A DNA stretch of 64,000 nt from NCBI GenBank assembly GCA_043228905.1, contig JBHGNT010000006.1, forward strand, positions 10,726,001-10,790,000, written 5' to 3'. A model generated the notes under the pieces. That model did not search any database. It was not told where the DNA came from and was given only the letters and a program-made list of their open reading frames with translations. The translations under genes were made by a program, and so were the position numbers. The DNA comes from Azolla caroliniana (Eukaryota > Plantae > Polypodiophyta). Of this stretch, positions 10,958 through 23,673 are shown one piece after another; positions within the stretch are counted from its first letter, which is position 1, and the number at the start of each line of letters is the position of its first letter.

Positions 10958-13576
10958 TTGATGCACGAGACCGAGAGAAGGTGGGGCCCCTCCTAAAAAC
11001 TGATGATGGGCTCACAATGGATTGGGCTATAGTAAAACAGGTTTGTAGTCGCTTCAATAAGAGAAGGGAATGGAACGACGGGTCTCTGTTGAGCGGCCAA
11101 ACCTCCACAGGCTCTATTTGTGAGACACACAAACCCAGGGGTGGTAGAGCACCTCAAGAAAGAGAGCAAGCAAATGCAAGGTTCGTCCCAGATAGAAATG
11201 TGGTTGAAGCATCGTCTAGAGGGTCGTCAATACACGAGCTCACAAAGATGGTGTGAGATCTCCAAATAGTGCAAGCTAGGAGAGAGAGTGGTGGCCCTCA
11301 AGATCGACGTCCCCTGTTTGCGCAAAGATGTATGTGGTGCGACAATCCCGACCACATACGAAGGGAGTGTGGAGACTTTCAAGAGGCCCTAAGAAGGAAT
11401 ATTGTCTATCTTTGGAACAATAGGGTCTATTCGACAGAGACAAGGCGCCCCTTGGGATTGAATCAAGGCCGAGGGGGCGTGAGAAGGCTAATGGAGGAGA
11501 CCTAAGCACAACATGTTGAGGCCATCCACTACTCGACGTCGGCTAGGATCCGAGTGGGGAAAGAGGTGAGGAGGCAAGAGGAGAAAGAGATTGAATTTTG
11601 GCTGTCAATCCTTGGAAGCCTCTCTAGGGGAAAGTTCAAAAGAGAAGAAGCGGACAAAGCGGAAAGAAGGGTCCAAGAAGCAACTGGGTGGAAGGATCCG
11701 GTGGAAGAAAAGACAGGCTTAGTGGAAGCCGCTTGTCAAAACTATGAAGTAATGGTAGAAGAGAAGAAGGTAGAAAATGACAAGGGAGTCAGTCTATCAA
11801 GGAAATACGACGCTCAAGGTGCACAAAGAAGGGAAGAGCCGAACCAGTCTCAAGCACGCAATGAAAGATGGAAAGAGAAGGGGAACCCCCCCAACTTCAA
11901 GCTTTGCTCGGAGATCGAACAAGCAACGAACTTGAAGAAGGTAGTGGAGGAAAGGATCCTCAATAGTCGGGTAGAGTTTACTCTACGAGAGGTCCTCGGA
12001 ATTACCATGAAAGAATTCCATGAGGTCATCATCGACTTAATGAAAAGGAAGCAACTCTTGACGGAGCAAGAAGTGGCAAAGCCCGCGATTGTAAATGCAT
12101 TGTCAACTGAGGTGCCCGAGGAAGACGAAGACTATGCGGACAGTCACTACACAAGGCCGCATTGAGCGAGAGAGACAACGGAGACACCGGTACGGGTCGG
12201 AGATGTAAAAGAACCGGTTGTAGCATTGATCGACCACGGCTCTGAGATCAACCTTATGTCCATGGACTTTTATAAAAAGGGAAAGTGGTCGATCAACACA
12301 AAGCACGGGTGGAAAATTAGAGGGGCAACCCGAGCATCCAAGGAGCTATACGGGGCTTGCCCAAATGTACGGGTGAAGGTGGGGGACATAGAAATAGATC
12401 AACATTTCTTCGTTCAAGAGACGTCCTCACGCCCGGTCATCTTGGGTGAACCATACATCACGGCAGCTCGCATGGAGATGAAGGTGCTAGACAATGGGTC
12501 GGCATATGCGAGAGTCAAGAGCCAAGATGGGAAGCATTCGGTCCAATTCCTTACGGTGAGGCCCAACCATGAGCGCAATCGGGCATCCCTCAAAGGGGAG
12601 AGCTGAGAGGATTTTTTATGTGGGCTATTAAAGAGTAGGGCCGTGATAGCCCGAGGCAAACTAAGACCTTAAACCCTTGCAAAACTATTAAATGTAATAG
12701 GAAACAATTTTGGTTCTCCGAAAATGGAGCTTGTAAAATTACTAGTTTAAGTGATAGAGATAAGCCCAGGGCCATGAGATACAAAAGGTATCTCAAACAA
12801 TGTAATTTATTAGGGGAAGATGACACCATAAGCGGCGCCATGGAGGCGGTCTCGTTCGACGACACTCTCGGAGAGATGGAGAGGATAGTCGCTTTGGGCC
12901 TCAATGAAGACAAGGTAATTCCAGTCAACTCAGTTGACATGTACACCGCCATCGAAGAGCTTGGGCAGTTGATCGAGGAAGCGACGACGGTCGAGGTGCA
13001 AACGAAGTACAAGACCGTGGACAAGAAGGTGAAGCCTATGGCTGCCCCATTGCCTAACGATAGTTGGGATCGGATAAAGGGGGTAGCGGCTGATCCTAGC
13101 TTGCGGGACCCACGAGGCATAGGGCATCGGTTCACCGACGAGACGTGACAAAAGCTCCGGATTGGTGGGGGTGGCTTCCTATTGCCTAGGGAGGAGGAAA
13201 GATTTAGAAGGATGATCGAAAGCCATGGAAGGGCTTTCGCCTTCTCGTCGGGTGAGATAGGGTGCATAAACCCTAAGATCGTGGAGCCAATGGTGATCTT
13301 TACGGTACCGCATGTACCATGGAACATCAAACCAATCCCGGTTCTGAGAGGTCACATCCTGAAGTTGATTGAGCTACTCAAGGAAAAGATCGAGATGGGT
13401 ATCCTCGAGCCATCAAGCTCCCCATACTCGAATCAGTGGTTCACTGTGCCAAAGAAGAACGGCACCTTACACTCCATCCAAGACCTACAACCTGTTAATC
13501 AAGTGATAATTCGAAATGCGCGGGTCGGGCCGAACGTTGATGAATTCGCTGAGGCCTTCGCCGGAAGGTCTATTTA

Positions 13577-14045
13577 TGTTAGGAAACAGGTCCCTCCGGA
13601 TGGGAAGTGAGAAGAACCGGAAATCATGGAGATAGCCAACACGGAAGGCTAAACTTGTAAATAGTCGAAAGGTTACATTAGTATATAAGTACTTAGGGCA
13701 ATCATGTTAGATAAGTGCCTTATTGTAAAGTTACTGTTGATGAGGTTGTTGCCTCCGTAACTGTGAGAGTAAACGAGTGTGAGTGGAAGCGTGTGAGCTC
13801 CATAACCACCTGTTAGCGAAGCAGGATCTTGAGGTCGTTGCCTCTGAGATCTTTGATTGTATTCCTTTCTTTCATAGTGTTCTGTTTCGGAGTTTGTGGA
13901 CTCCATGTGGTTTTTTCCCAGTTCGGGTTTCCACGTTAAAATCTGTGTCATTCTCAGTTTCTGTATTCTGTTTTTCCTTTCCATTAGATTGACTATTATT
14001 CCGCACACGTACAACCGGTTGTGGCTGGCAACGATTTTAACTTCA
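13577..14045 (+). mobile_element. Solo LTR of the Copia A superfamily inserted in the RT of C
   Basis: TGTTAGGAAACAGG...CTTCA flanked by TSD ATTTA (13572-13576 and 14046-14050). Removing it restores GRSIYSMGDLYSGYDQF. Confidence 0.93.
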
Positions 14046-16642
14046 ATTTATTCGATGGGTGATCTATACTCGGGGTATGATCAATTCCAACTAGCCATGG
14101 AGAGTAGGGACATCACGATAATGCGGACCCCTATCGGCCTAGTGTGAATGTGTACCTTGCCACAAGGAGGCACTAACTCTATAGCCCACATGGTAAATGC
14201 AATGGACAAGGTATTGAGAGATTGCATCCCCGACATCACCATGCCATTCCTCAATGACATCCCCATAAAAGGGTGCTCTGAAGCGGAGAAAGATGAAACC
14301 TTGGACGAGGATGGGCGCAAACGTTTTGTGGTAGATCACATCTCTGATTGCGGGAAGGTTCTACAAAGACTTGAAGATGCATGCTTGACCTTCTCGGGTG
14401 AGAAATCGGCATTTGGCCAACCGGAGATTCTTGTGGTGGGACACTTGTGCGGGGCGTACGGACGGAGGCCATCCCCGGCAAAGGTGGATGCCATCACAAA
14501 CATGAGGGAAGAATGTAAATCGCAAACAAAGGTGAGGTGATTTCTTGGTGCTTGTGCATTCTACCACATCTGGATCCCACACTACGCTCACCTAGTCGAG
14601 CCTTTGTATGGGCTACTCAAGAAGGGGCGGAAGTTCAAGTGGGAGGAAGAGCACACTGAGGCAATGAAGAGGCTCAAAGGAATGTTGGTAGTGGCACCAA
14701 CTTTACGAAAAGCCGTATACAAGGAAGGGGTGCCCATCTACGTGACGGTAGATGCGAGTCCAACAGGGATCGGATGGGTCATCAACCAAGAAGGAGAGGA
14801 TGGTGCATGCTATGCCATCCGGTACGGAGCCAAGGTCTTAATCGAGCGACAATGAGGATATGCCCAAGTAAAACGTGAGCTTTGGGGTATTGTGTCCACA
14901 GTGAAGGCGGATAAATATTACCTAATCGGGTCAGAGGTGGTAATAGAGACAGATTGCCTTCCAATCCTAGGGATGGTTTCGGGATGTGCAACACCTTACT
15001 TAGGTATGCTAAGATGGATTGCTTACATCAAATCAATGAAGCCAGAGGTTCACCACATTTTAGGGAAGAGCAATGCCATGGTAGATATGCTATCGAGGGC
15101 AAGATTCGAGGGCGAAAGCGACATGGTGTCTAAAGATGAGGATGTCGCTCTTGACTTCTTTAAGACGGCCCAAGCGTCTATAGATGATCGAGATGTGTGA
15201 GTACTCCACGCCTTCAACGAAAGTGAATACGAAGGGGAGTGGCTACACATTGGCAAGTTCTGAAGCTCAATGACATTGGATAGTTCATGGTCGAAGGAGG
15301 AAGCACAGAGAATCCGAAAGAAAGCGTATAAGTACTTCCTACGAGGGGGATTCCTCTGGATGCACCCGAAGAGAAGGACAAGGACGCCACAATGAGTGGT
15401 CATAAAGGAAGAGGACCAGACAACATTGGTATCTGAGTTCCACGAGAGTCCATGGGCGGGCCATAAAGGAATGTGGGAAACATTCGAGAAGTTAAAGGAG
15501 AAGTATTGGTGGCCGGGAATGTACAAGGATATCGTCCATTTCGTGGGGACGTGTGAAAGCTGCCAGATACACTCAAACATACACCATAGGGACGAGTTGC
15601 ACCCGACCTACCCACTCACCATACACTTCAAATGGATGGTGGATTTGGTTTCAATGTCGATGGGGATGGGCCAAAAGAAATATTTAGTGCTAGCAAGAGA
15701 AGACCTAACTAACCAAGTAGAAGGGCGAGCCTTACCAATAAAACGACGGCGAGGGTGTGTAAATTCTTACTCGAAGATGTCATCTGCCGGTATGGATGTG
15801 TGGGAAAGATAGTGGCTGACATAGGAGAGTTGAACGCTCATGAAGCTACAAAGCTCTTTGAACAACTTGGAGTGAAACTCTCTCTCACGATCGCTTATAA
15901 CCTGGAGGCTAATGTCAAGATAGAACGTGGACACGAGCCTATCGTCAAAGCCATTGTAAGAGCTTGCGATGGGCGAGTTGAGAACTGGCCTCCGTTACTA
16001 CCTTATGCCTTGTGGGCCGACAAAACAACTCACAGCTCAGTTACAGGTTTCATGCCAGCTGAACTCATGTACGGACAAAAGTCAGTGATGCCCATTGAAA
16101 ACACGATCACATCATGGGTAGCGATGTCGTGGGAAAACGAGATGAGTCGAGAAGAGCTTCTAGCAACAAGGCAACTCGAGAGAAGACCTGGAGACTTAGA
16201 GTTGGCGAAGGAGAGGTTAGAAGCGGCTAGGCTACATAACAAAGCCCGATTCGACAAGACACACCGACTACGCCCTCGAAAGATCGAAGAAGGAGACTGG
16301 GTGATTGTGTATGATAGCAGTCTCGATAATCAACATATCTCGATGTGGAAATTCGCAAAGCGATGGTTCAGGCCGTACCTGGTAACGAGTGCAAACGATA
16401 ATGCCACCTACCACCTCGTTGAACTTGATGGGACCAAGCTAGCAGTACCGATAGCAGGGAAGCGGGTCAAAAACTTCAAAAAGCGGCACAATAGTGAGCC
16501 AAACCTCGATGACCTTGACAAAGATGAAGGCGAGCAAACGACGAGTCGTGGGTTCAATGAGGAGGAAGAAATGGACTATTGACCACCCTTAGCCTGCCAT
16601 TCTTGGCACATACCAGAGGATGTGCGGTTTGGTGGGGGTGGA

Positions 16643-18510
16643 TGTCGTGATGTGGCGTGCTTGAATGTGGGAAAAACCGACGAAAGGGGGTCAAAATGTG
16701 CATGTGCATTGTGTGTGCACACAAAGTAAATTAATTGTGCACATGGAAAAGAAAAGGAAAAAGGAAGGGTGCAAAGGAGGTATAGGAACTTGTGTAAAAA
16801 GTAAGAGAGAGGAGAGATGAAAAAGTAGAGAGGAGACAGGCTATGAATTTATAGATATATACTTATGTATTATATAAGGGAAAGTTAATAGACTAGTGGA
16901 TAGTCACATTGACTCCTACCTAAAAGTGTACGATTCAAGTCCGGTCTTATAATGTAGCGTGATTTAAGGAATTTTAGTCCTTTTGTATTGAAGACAAAAT
17001 TGGCAACCCCCCCTCCCTTTTTTTCCTATAAAAGGAGGTCGATTGGGGCTCATTTGGGAGGACATTTTTGGAGGAGACTATTGCCATTTTTCCTTCGGAG
17101 CTCTTCATCTTCTTCTTCACCATTTCTCTTCATCTCATACCCCTTCATCCCCTCATCGCCACGTGCTCGTCTTCTTCGCGTTGGCACTCGAAGTGCTCGT
17201 TTACGGTGCTTGTGAGCCCGAGCTTTGTTGGTTCGACGTTGCTTCGCCCCCGTTCGTCGGTGCGAGCCCGTGTGCTCGCCGTTCGGGTGGTCAGTGTTCG
17301 TAGGGGTCGGCATTTTTGTGGTGCTTGTGTGTTTGTCTTTTTCGTGTTCGGATTTGCTTTTGTCTCTAAGGGCATTTAGTATTTATGTTTTGTTGAGCTT
17401 GTGGTTAACTAGAAGTTGTCACATTGTAATCAAACCCTATTTTATAAAGGGCCCTCTTGCGTTGGAATCGAACACATTTATTTCTTTAGCCAATATCATT
17501 CGTGTTTTTTCTTTCTTTCTTTCTTTGTTCTCGTGCCTTTGTACATTCGGTCGTCTGTGGCGAGAGAGCGTTTCGGGCGTGCCCATGCACCTCTCCTCCT
17601 CATAAAGGCGTGCGAGCATTTGTGCGTGTGTTTGTGTCTTCCTTGTACATCCGGCCGTCTTGTGACGAGGGAGCGTTTCGAGCGTGCCCATGCACCTCTC
17701 CTCCTCATAAAGGCGTACGAGCATTTGTGTGTGTGCTTGTGTCTTCTTTGTATGTTCGATCGTCTTGTGACGAGGGAGCGTTTCGGGTGTGCCCATGCAC
17801 CTCTCCTCCTCATAAAGACGTACGAGCATTTGTGTGTGTGTTTGTGTCTTCCTTGTACGTTCGGTCATCTTGTGACAAGGGAGCCTTTTGGGTGTGCCCA
17901 TGCACCTCTCCTCCTCATAAAGGCGTACGAGCATTTTGTGCGTGTGTTTGTGTCTTCCTTGTATGTTCGGCCGTCTTGTGACGAGGGAGTGTTTCGGGCG
18001 TGCCCATGCACCTCTCCTCCTCATAAAGACGTACGAGCATTTGTGCGTGTGTTTGTGTCTTCCTTGTACGTTCGGTCGTCTTGTGACGAAGGAGCATTTT
18101 GGGCGTGCCCATGCACCTCTCCTCATAAAGGCATACGAGCATTTGTGCGTGTGTTTTGTGTCTTCCTTGTACGTTCGATGTCTTGTGACAAGGGAGCGTT
18201 CGAGCGTGCCCATGCACCTCTCCTCCTCATAAAGACGTACGGGCATTCATGTTTGTGTTATCGTCCCCTTGTGCGTTCATCTTGCATGCTCATCTTTGCT
18301 TGTACCCGTTTGATCACTTGGCTCGTGCGGTGATCTCGAAAACTCAACGAGTCATGATCAACGAAAGCCACCGAACCTAGAAAGGAAGGGGTCGGGAAGT
18401 AGTATTGATGTAAAGCAAACCTCGGGTCTTCTGTATCCCTTCATACTCCCTATAGTCCAAGATCCCCGTGGTCCCGCCCAAGTAACACACACGCACGAAA
18501 CTTCGTGACA
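16643..18510 (+). repeat. 3' LTR of Gypsy C (~1.87 kb)
   Basis: Follows a G-rich PPT, TGTC/GACA inverted ends, TATAAAA near 17027. The partner LTR is outside the window, so the right boundary is inferred. Confidence 0.72.
17537..18246 (+). repeat. 7 x ~105-bp tandem array inside the C LTR
   Basis: Core GCCCATGCACCTCTC at 17581, 17686, 17791, 17896, 18002, 18107 and 18208. Confidence 0.95.
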
Positions 18511-18746
18511 CCGTAACCGAGATTCCCTCACTAGACCTCTTTATTAATTGGTTGCAAATAGAAACTTGGCCGATCGAACAATTATCTATGTTATTTGAGC
18601 AATCATATGTACCTTGAAATACTTTTGGAGTTTGCTAAAGATGCCCTTAAATTTTCATAATTTTGTTTTGGCCCTCAATCCCCCTGGGAAGGGCATTTTG
18701 GGGATAAAGAAAGCCTGAGGGGGTATATTTCCATTCAATTCTAGTT

Positions 18747-21700
18747 ATGCATTCATTACCAACACTCAGAGTTCTAGCGATGGCGAGCTTGGCCACACCT
18801 TCGGTGGGTAGCCATCCATATCTGTTCGAATTTGATGCTCATTTTGGAAGGTCGAAAGAACCCATTTCTTCTCTTCACTGCAAAATCTTATCTTCCACAT
18901 CTGGGCTCAGACCATTGAGAAAACATCATGTGGTTGATGTAAGAAGGAGCTATGGAAGTAAAAACTCTGTTCCTCTCTGTTCTTCTTCTGTAATTTCTAA
19001 AGAAACAGAGGATAGAGAAGAACAAACATGGGACCCTGAGACTTATGGAGCGCTCTTACGGGGAGGCGAAGATGTAGCGGGCGTCATGAAGAAAATGACT
19101 GAAGTGGTAAGTGACTATATCATGACAAAACTTAAACCGAGGAAAACTTCCATCACTCGCTTCTGTTGCATTCAGCGTACAATGAAATATTTATGGTTTA
19201 AAATTTTGTGTTATTTTCCCTTGTATGGAAGTTTCAAGAGTTTAATATGGTTTTTTTGTACGATATGCTAAATTTTAGGATTTTGAGTTTAGCATGCTGT
19301 TTTGTTCACTCCGTAATCAAAGGGTTTAAGATGTTAAACCTATAGTTGAAGGTTAAGGATTTCAGGTTTAACATGCCATTTTTATTCACTCCAAAATCAA
19401 AAGATTTAAGGTTTTTACCTCCAGAATTAAAGGTTTAGGGATTAACATTTTGTTTTATTCCAATTTTACCGTAGAAATGAAGGACTTTGTGTTAACATGC
19501 TGCTCTACTAAACTTATAACTGAAGGATGTAGGGTTATTTGCATTGGAGGTAAATGCAAGTTTTGCATACAGACAAATGTACATGCACATATACACGTTC
19601 ATATCTATATATGAAAGTAATATATTTATAAAGATGAAACCTCAGGCCTTTCTTATTTCGTCAACTACTAAACTTGAAGTACAAAACTCTTGAAGTGAAA
19701 GAAACCATTTTGTGTGACCTTGGTCTCAGCCCAAAAAACGAAGAGGTTTTGTTGACTACTAAACTTGAACAACAGAACTCTGGAAAGGAAAAAATCTGTT
19801 TTGTGTAACCTTGGTGTCCGATCAACATCATGAACAAAGAGGGGAAACTTAACATCTTCTCGGCTGTTTTGCCATCTCTTCATTGGCAGTTCAACATGCT
19901 TGAGAATTTGAATTACAATTCATAATAAGACCTATATTTAGAGTGTTTGGAGATGTTGGTTCTGCGAGAATTTTTAAGAACTTGCAACTTTGATTGAAAT
20001 AGTGCCATTTGTTGCAAGTGAGGGTGACTTTGGTGATGAGACTTAACACAGTAGAAACTTTTGCTAAACCTTGATGAGGGCTGGACTTGAGTTGTCTTTT
20101 TATAATTGTTTCTCTATGGTATTTAGCTCTTTCTTATATTTGTCTTTTATGTAGTAATGCTCTCTCAAGAAGGTTGTAGTAAAGCGAAAATTTCTATCTG
20201 ATTGTATTTACTATCAATTGCCTTTTTTCCCATTTTCTTATTTTCATCTTGCGAATAACTAGTCGATGTATATTATATTTTGCTTTTTGTTTGCAAGTGT
20301 TTATCTGTCTTTCGTGATTGATTTATAGTTTTCTAGTTTTTATATGGCCAGATATAAATGATCATAAATCCTCAAATTTATGTGCCATGCCAGATAATCT
20401 ATTACATAAATCAAATCAGTTTTCTTGTTTTTTTCTATTGGGTAGTGTGTTTAAAGATGCTGAATATTATTTGTAGCTTGAAGATATACAAGGTTTGGAT
20501 CCTGAAGATGAAGGCATTGCTTTGGAATTAGCAGCAGCAGGTGCAATTCAAGAGAAGTTAGACACTCTGGATGGGAGTTTTCTATTAGCCTTGGATTGGA
20601 TGATCAAGCAAGCTGACTCTGAACATGATGATAAGGTTGACTCTCTGAATGAAGATTCATAAGATTAATGAAAAACCAACCATAAGGTTCATGGTAACCA
20701 AACCATAAAGTTCACAATAAACTAATTATTAGTTCCATGATGAGCATCTAGCTAGCTAACTTCTCTGCATTGAAATCATGTTTTGAAGAGCCCCACCCAA
20801 AGTGTGCACTGATTAGCTGATATTTTCTTAAAACATTTAATACTCAGAGGAAGCAAGTACTTGAGATAATAAAAGAGACAGTGTTGGGGCAGCTTTCAGA
20901 TAAGTGTCCTTCTCATGTGAGTAAAAACATATCATCTTGTTCTTCATTGGATTATTGTGAAAAACATGACCCTCCACCTTCTTTACTTCATTTAATTACA
21001 TGATGTAAACATGCTTTAAATTCAGGTTCAAATAATAGGAATGCTATGCCGAACACCTACCAAAGAGAAGAGATATGAAATCTTAAGAAGATCAGCTGGT
21101 GGTGGGGGTGTTTTTGACACCGAAAGTGGTGGAAAGCTAACAATTCCAAGAGCAAATTTGAATGATATTGCGACACAAGCAGATAATCTCTTAGAAGTAT
21201 GTATTACCTTGCTCATGTTTTTTTATTTAGTTTCATGATGAGATCTTGATATAGATCTTAATGAGTTAGATCCCTACTGATTGCTTATGCATTTGAAAAA
21301 TTAAAGACTAGACTTTTTTGTTTGTCTTGGCTTATATAAGGGCATCGAAGAGAAGATGACTGTTCCTGATAGGAAGTTGTTGGCAAAATTGGTCCTAATT
21401 AGAGAGGAAGCTCGGGGCATGCTAGGTGGTGGTTTATTGGATAAAAGGAATGATAACCGTGGTTTCAAAAACTTGCCAAAAAATGTGGTAATATAGAGTG
21501 AAACAAAATCACTTTCATTGATGTTACATTATCAAAGAATCTTGCACTAACTGACACTGTTTTATATCTATTTATGCCTAAATGCTTTTTATATCATATA
21601 TATCTAGGTCAACTTCATTTCTTCTCTCATAGGGGTTAGACCGGGACCTGTATTACGTCAACGAATTTCAAATGTTATGAATGGTAAAGAGGAGGGTAAA

Positions 21701-22580
21701 GATCCATCTCCAGAAGATGAAAATGAAGAGAATAAAGATGCGGAGAGAGCTAAATTTAGAACCAGAAAACAGGTACCATAGTTTTATACACCAATATGTC
21801 ATGTAGTTTAGGAGAGTTGATATATGGTATTATGAGGATGTGCATAAGTAAGAGATTTGAACCCACGACCTGTGCTGATAGTCTAATAGCTTACCAGTAG
21901 TATAAATTCCAGTACGGTAAGAAAAAGAAAATGGGTACCGTTAAATTATCTATCTTTGTGCTTTAACTACTGTTCATGCTAATGCTATGAGAATGATTAG
22001 TTGGGTAATGCAAAGAAAATTTGTAATTACAAATGATAGATGTTTAAGAACACAACAGCATTATGTATAGCAACACTAACGTTATAATATTGTAGATTCA
22101 CTCAAATTCCGGTAAAAATGGGCTACCAGTTCGACCAGGAATGTTTCTAGAGGGAGTTTCAAAGGTATGCTTATCGATAAACATGTTTCTATTGAAACTT
22201 TCCTATTCTAGATTTGTGTAATATATGATTGGTTAAGAAGTAATTATGTTTAACAAATTTTTTTCTATGATTATAAAATAACACTTACTATATGGTTGTA
22301 CTAAATTGTATTTGTTTTCCATAAAATTAGGTACTTGGTGGAATGTATGAAACAAATACTTCTGGAGTCGGAGTGCAGCAACTTGAATGGGTAAGTGAAG
22401 GAAAGCTTGAACACATGGATTCATGTTATGGTTCCAATGTCTCATGCTTTGGTTCATTCTCTCATATTGCATCATGTGAATTAATCAATTCGGATTCACA
22501 GTATTTTCTTTGTTTTCTGTTTTGTTTTGAAGATCCATCGCGAAACTTTGAAAATACTTGAAGAGATAGGATATTCATGA
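18747..22580 (+). CDS. PRDA1: PEP-RELATED DEVELOPMENT ARRESTED 1-like chloroplast protein, 9 exons: 18747-19106, 20477-20635, 20848-20916, 21026-21196, 21341-21487, 21608-21772, 22096-22164, 22331-22390, 22533-22580 (415 aa; alternative start 18780)
   Basis: All introns are GT-AG and the frame is kept. Ser-rich transit-peptide-like N-terminus. Motifs YGALLRGGEDV, LCRTP, ANLNDIATQAD, PDRKLLAKLVLIREEAR, LPVRPGMFLE and LEWIHRETLKILEEI match my recollection of Arabidopsis PRDA1. Confidence 0.9.
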
Positions 22581-23673
22581 TATGTTTCATTCGATCAATT
22601 CGTTTTGGTCTGAAGATGGTGGTGTAAGTGGATAGTTTTTGCTATATAGTTGGGTACGAAGTATAAATTGAAAATTAGATTTTTACCCCTAGTTTCAAAC
22701 TCTTGAGTGATTGAAATTGTGGTCTCAATGGCATTGAAAAACACTATGAAGAGAACGAATCCAGATGTAAGATGTAAGATGAATAGAGATTAAAATACCT
22801 ATGGTATACATATATATATATATATATAATTACCACAATTTTTGTATAGTGAGATTTATAAGGAAACAGGAAAGCATTTTTCCATTTTTCGATCACAACT
22901 CAAGCATTTGGTTTGATGCCAAAGAAGTTTTTCAAAACCATCTTACCACTTCTATTTCCTACGTGTAATGTTTAGTGTCAATAGTTTTACATGGAAAGAC
23001 AACTAACCAGAAATGTGGTTATCAATATACTTTGTAGTGGGTTTTATGTGCAAATCTCTCTTGTTCCGTGATATTTTCTTTTTTCAGGATTGTGTTATCT
23101 CTGTAAATTTCATTAGATATTTATATATATTGATCAGTCGGTTATAGTATCGGTTCAAAATATCAAAGTTACTTTTGGTAGAGTGTTGATATCGGTTATT
23201 TTCTGACACAAAAATCACTACGAGTATATATATACCAACGAAATACTTTAAATTGTATCCAAATATTTGTCGAGCCGACTCAGCAAAATCATGAATTTCT
23301 TCATCAGTAGGGTTGTAACCTCGATGCAAATCAGCAACTATTATGAATAATGCAGACCATAATATATGGCATTGGGATTATTGTTAATCATAGTAATTAG
23401 TGTTTCACCATCTCCAAAAGGGATGAACTTCAAGATGTTTTGTCTATTTGTAACGTGCAACCATTAAACAGAGAGAAATTTGTCTTATCAACACACAATT
23501 AGTTGCATTGTTTGTACATGTGAATCAAATTTGGGGTCATATAATAAAAAGAGAAGTATGAATCCATATTTTGAAAGAGACACTTGGGGAAGAACTTCCA
23601 ATAAGTAGCACACAGCAAGAAAAGTACAAAACTTCTGAACATGAGAGTGAGGGAAACCATGGGCAGTCTGGTC

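Larger units (their letters stand above)
10958..18510 (+). mobile_element. Ty3/gypsy element C (3' part, decayed, no chromodomain)
   Basis: Gypsy order: Gag knuckle CMWCDNPDHIRREC, protease LIDHGSEIN, RT (QDLQPVN, DLYSGYDQF, LPQGGTNS, FLNDIP), RNase H (VDASPTGIG), integrase (HESPWAGH..CESC, REDLTNQVEGRAL), PPT GGTGGGGGTGGA and LTR TGTC...GACA. Confidence 0.87.

Noticed and set aside
17537-18246. CRISPR-like regular repeat
   Set aside because: Whole 105-bp units repeat with no unique spacers, there are no cas genes, and the context is a eukaryotic LTR.
17416-18333. Long overlapping ORFs with 35-aa repeats on both strands
   Set aside because: By-product of a stop-poor 105-bp (3n) tandem unit inside an LTR.
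19107-19271. C-terminal part of the 174-aa ORF
   Set aside because: Read-through into intron 1 past a strong GTAAGT donor at 19107.
23060-23330. Possible small DNA transposon (TAGGGTTG end, GATAT/ATCGG motifs)
   Set aside because: No matching second terminal repeat or TSD could be found.
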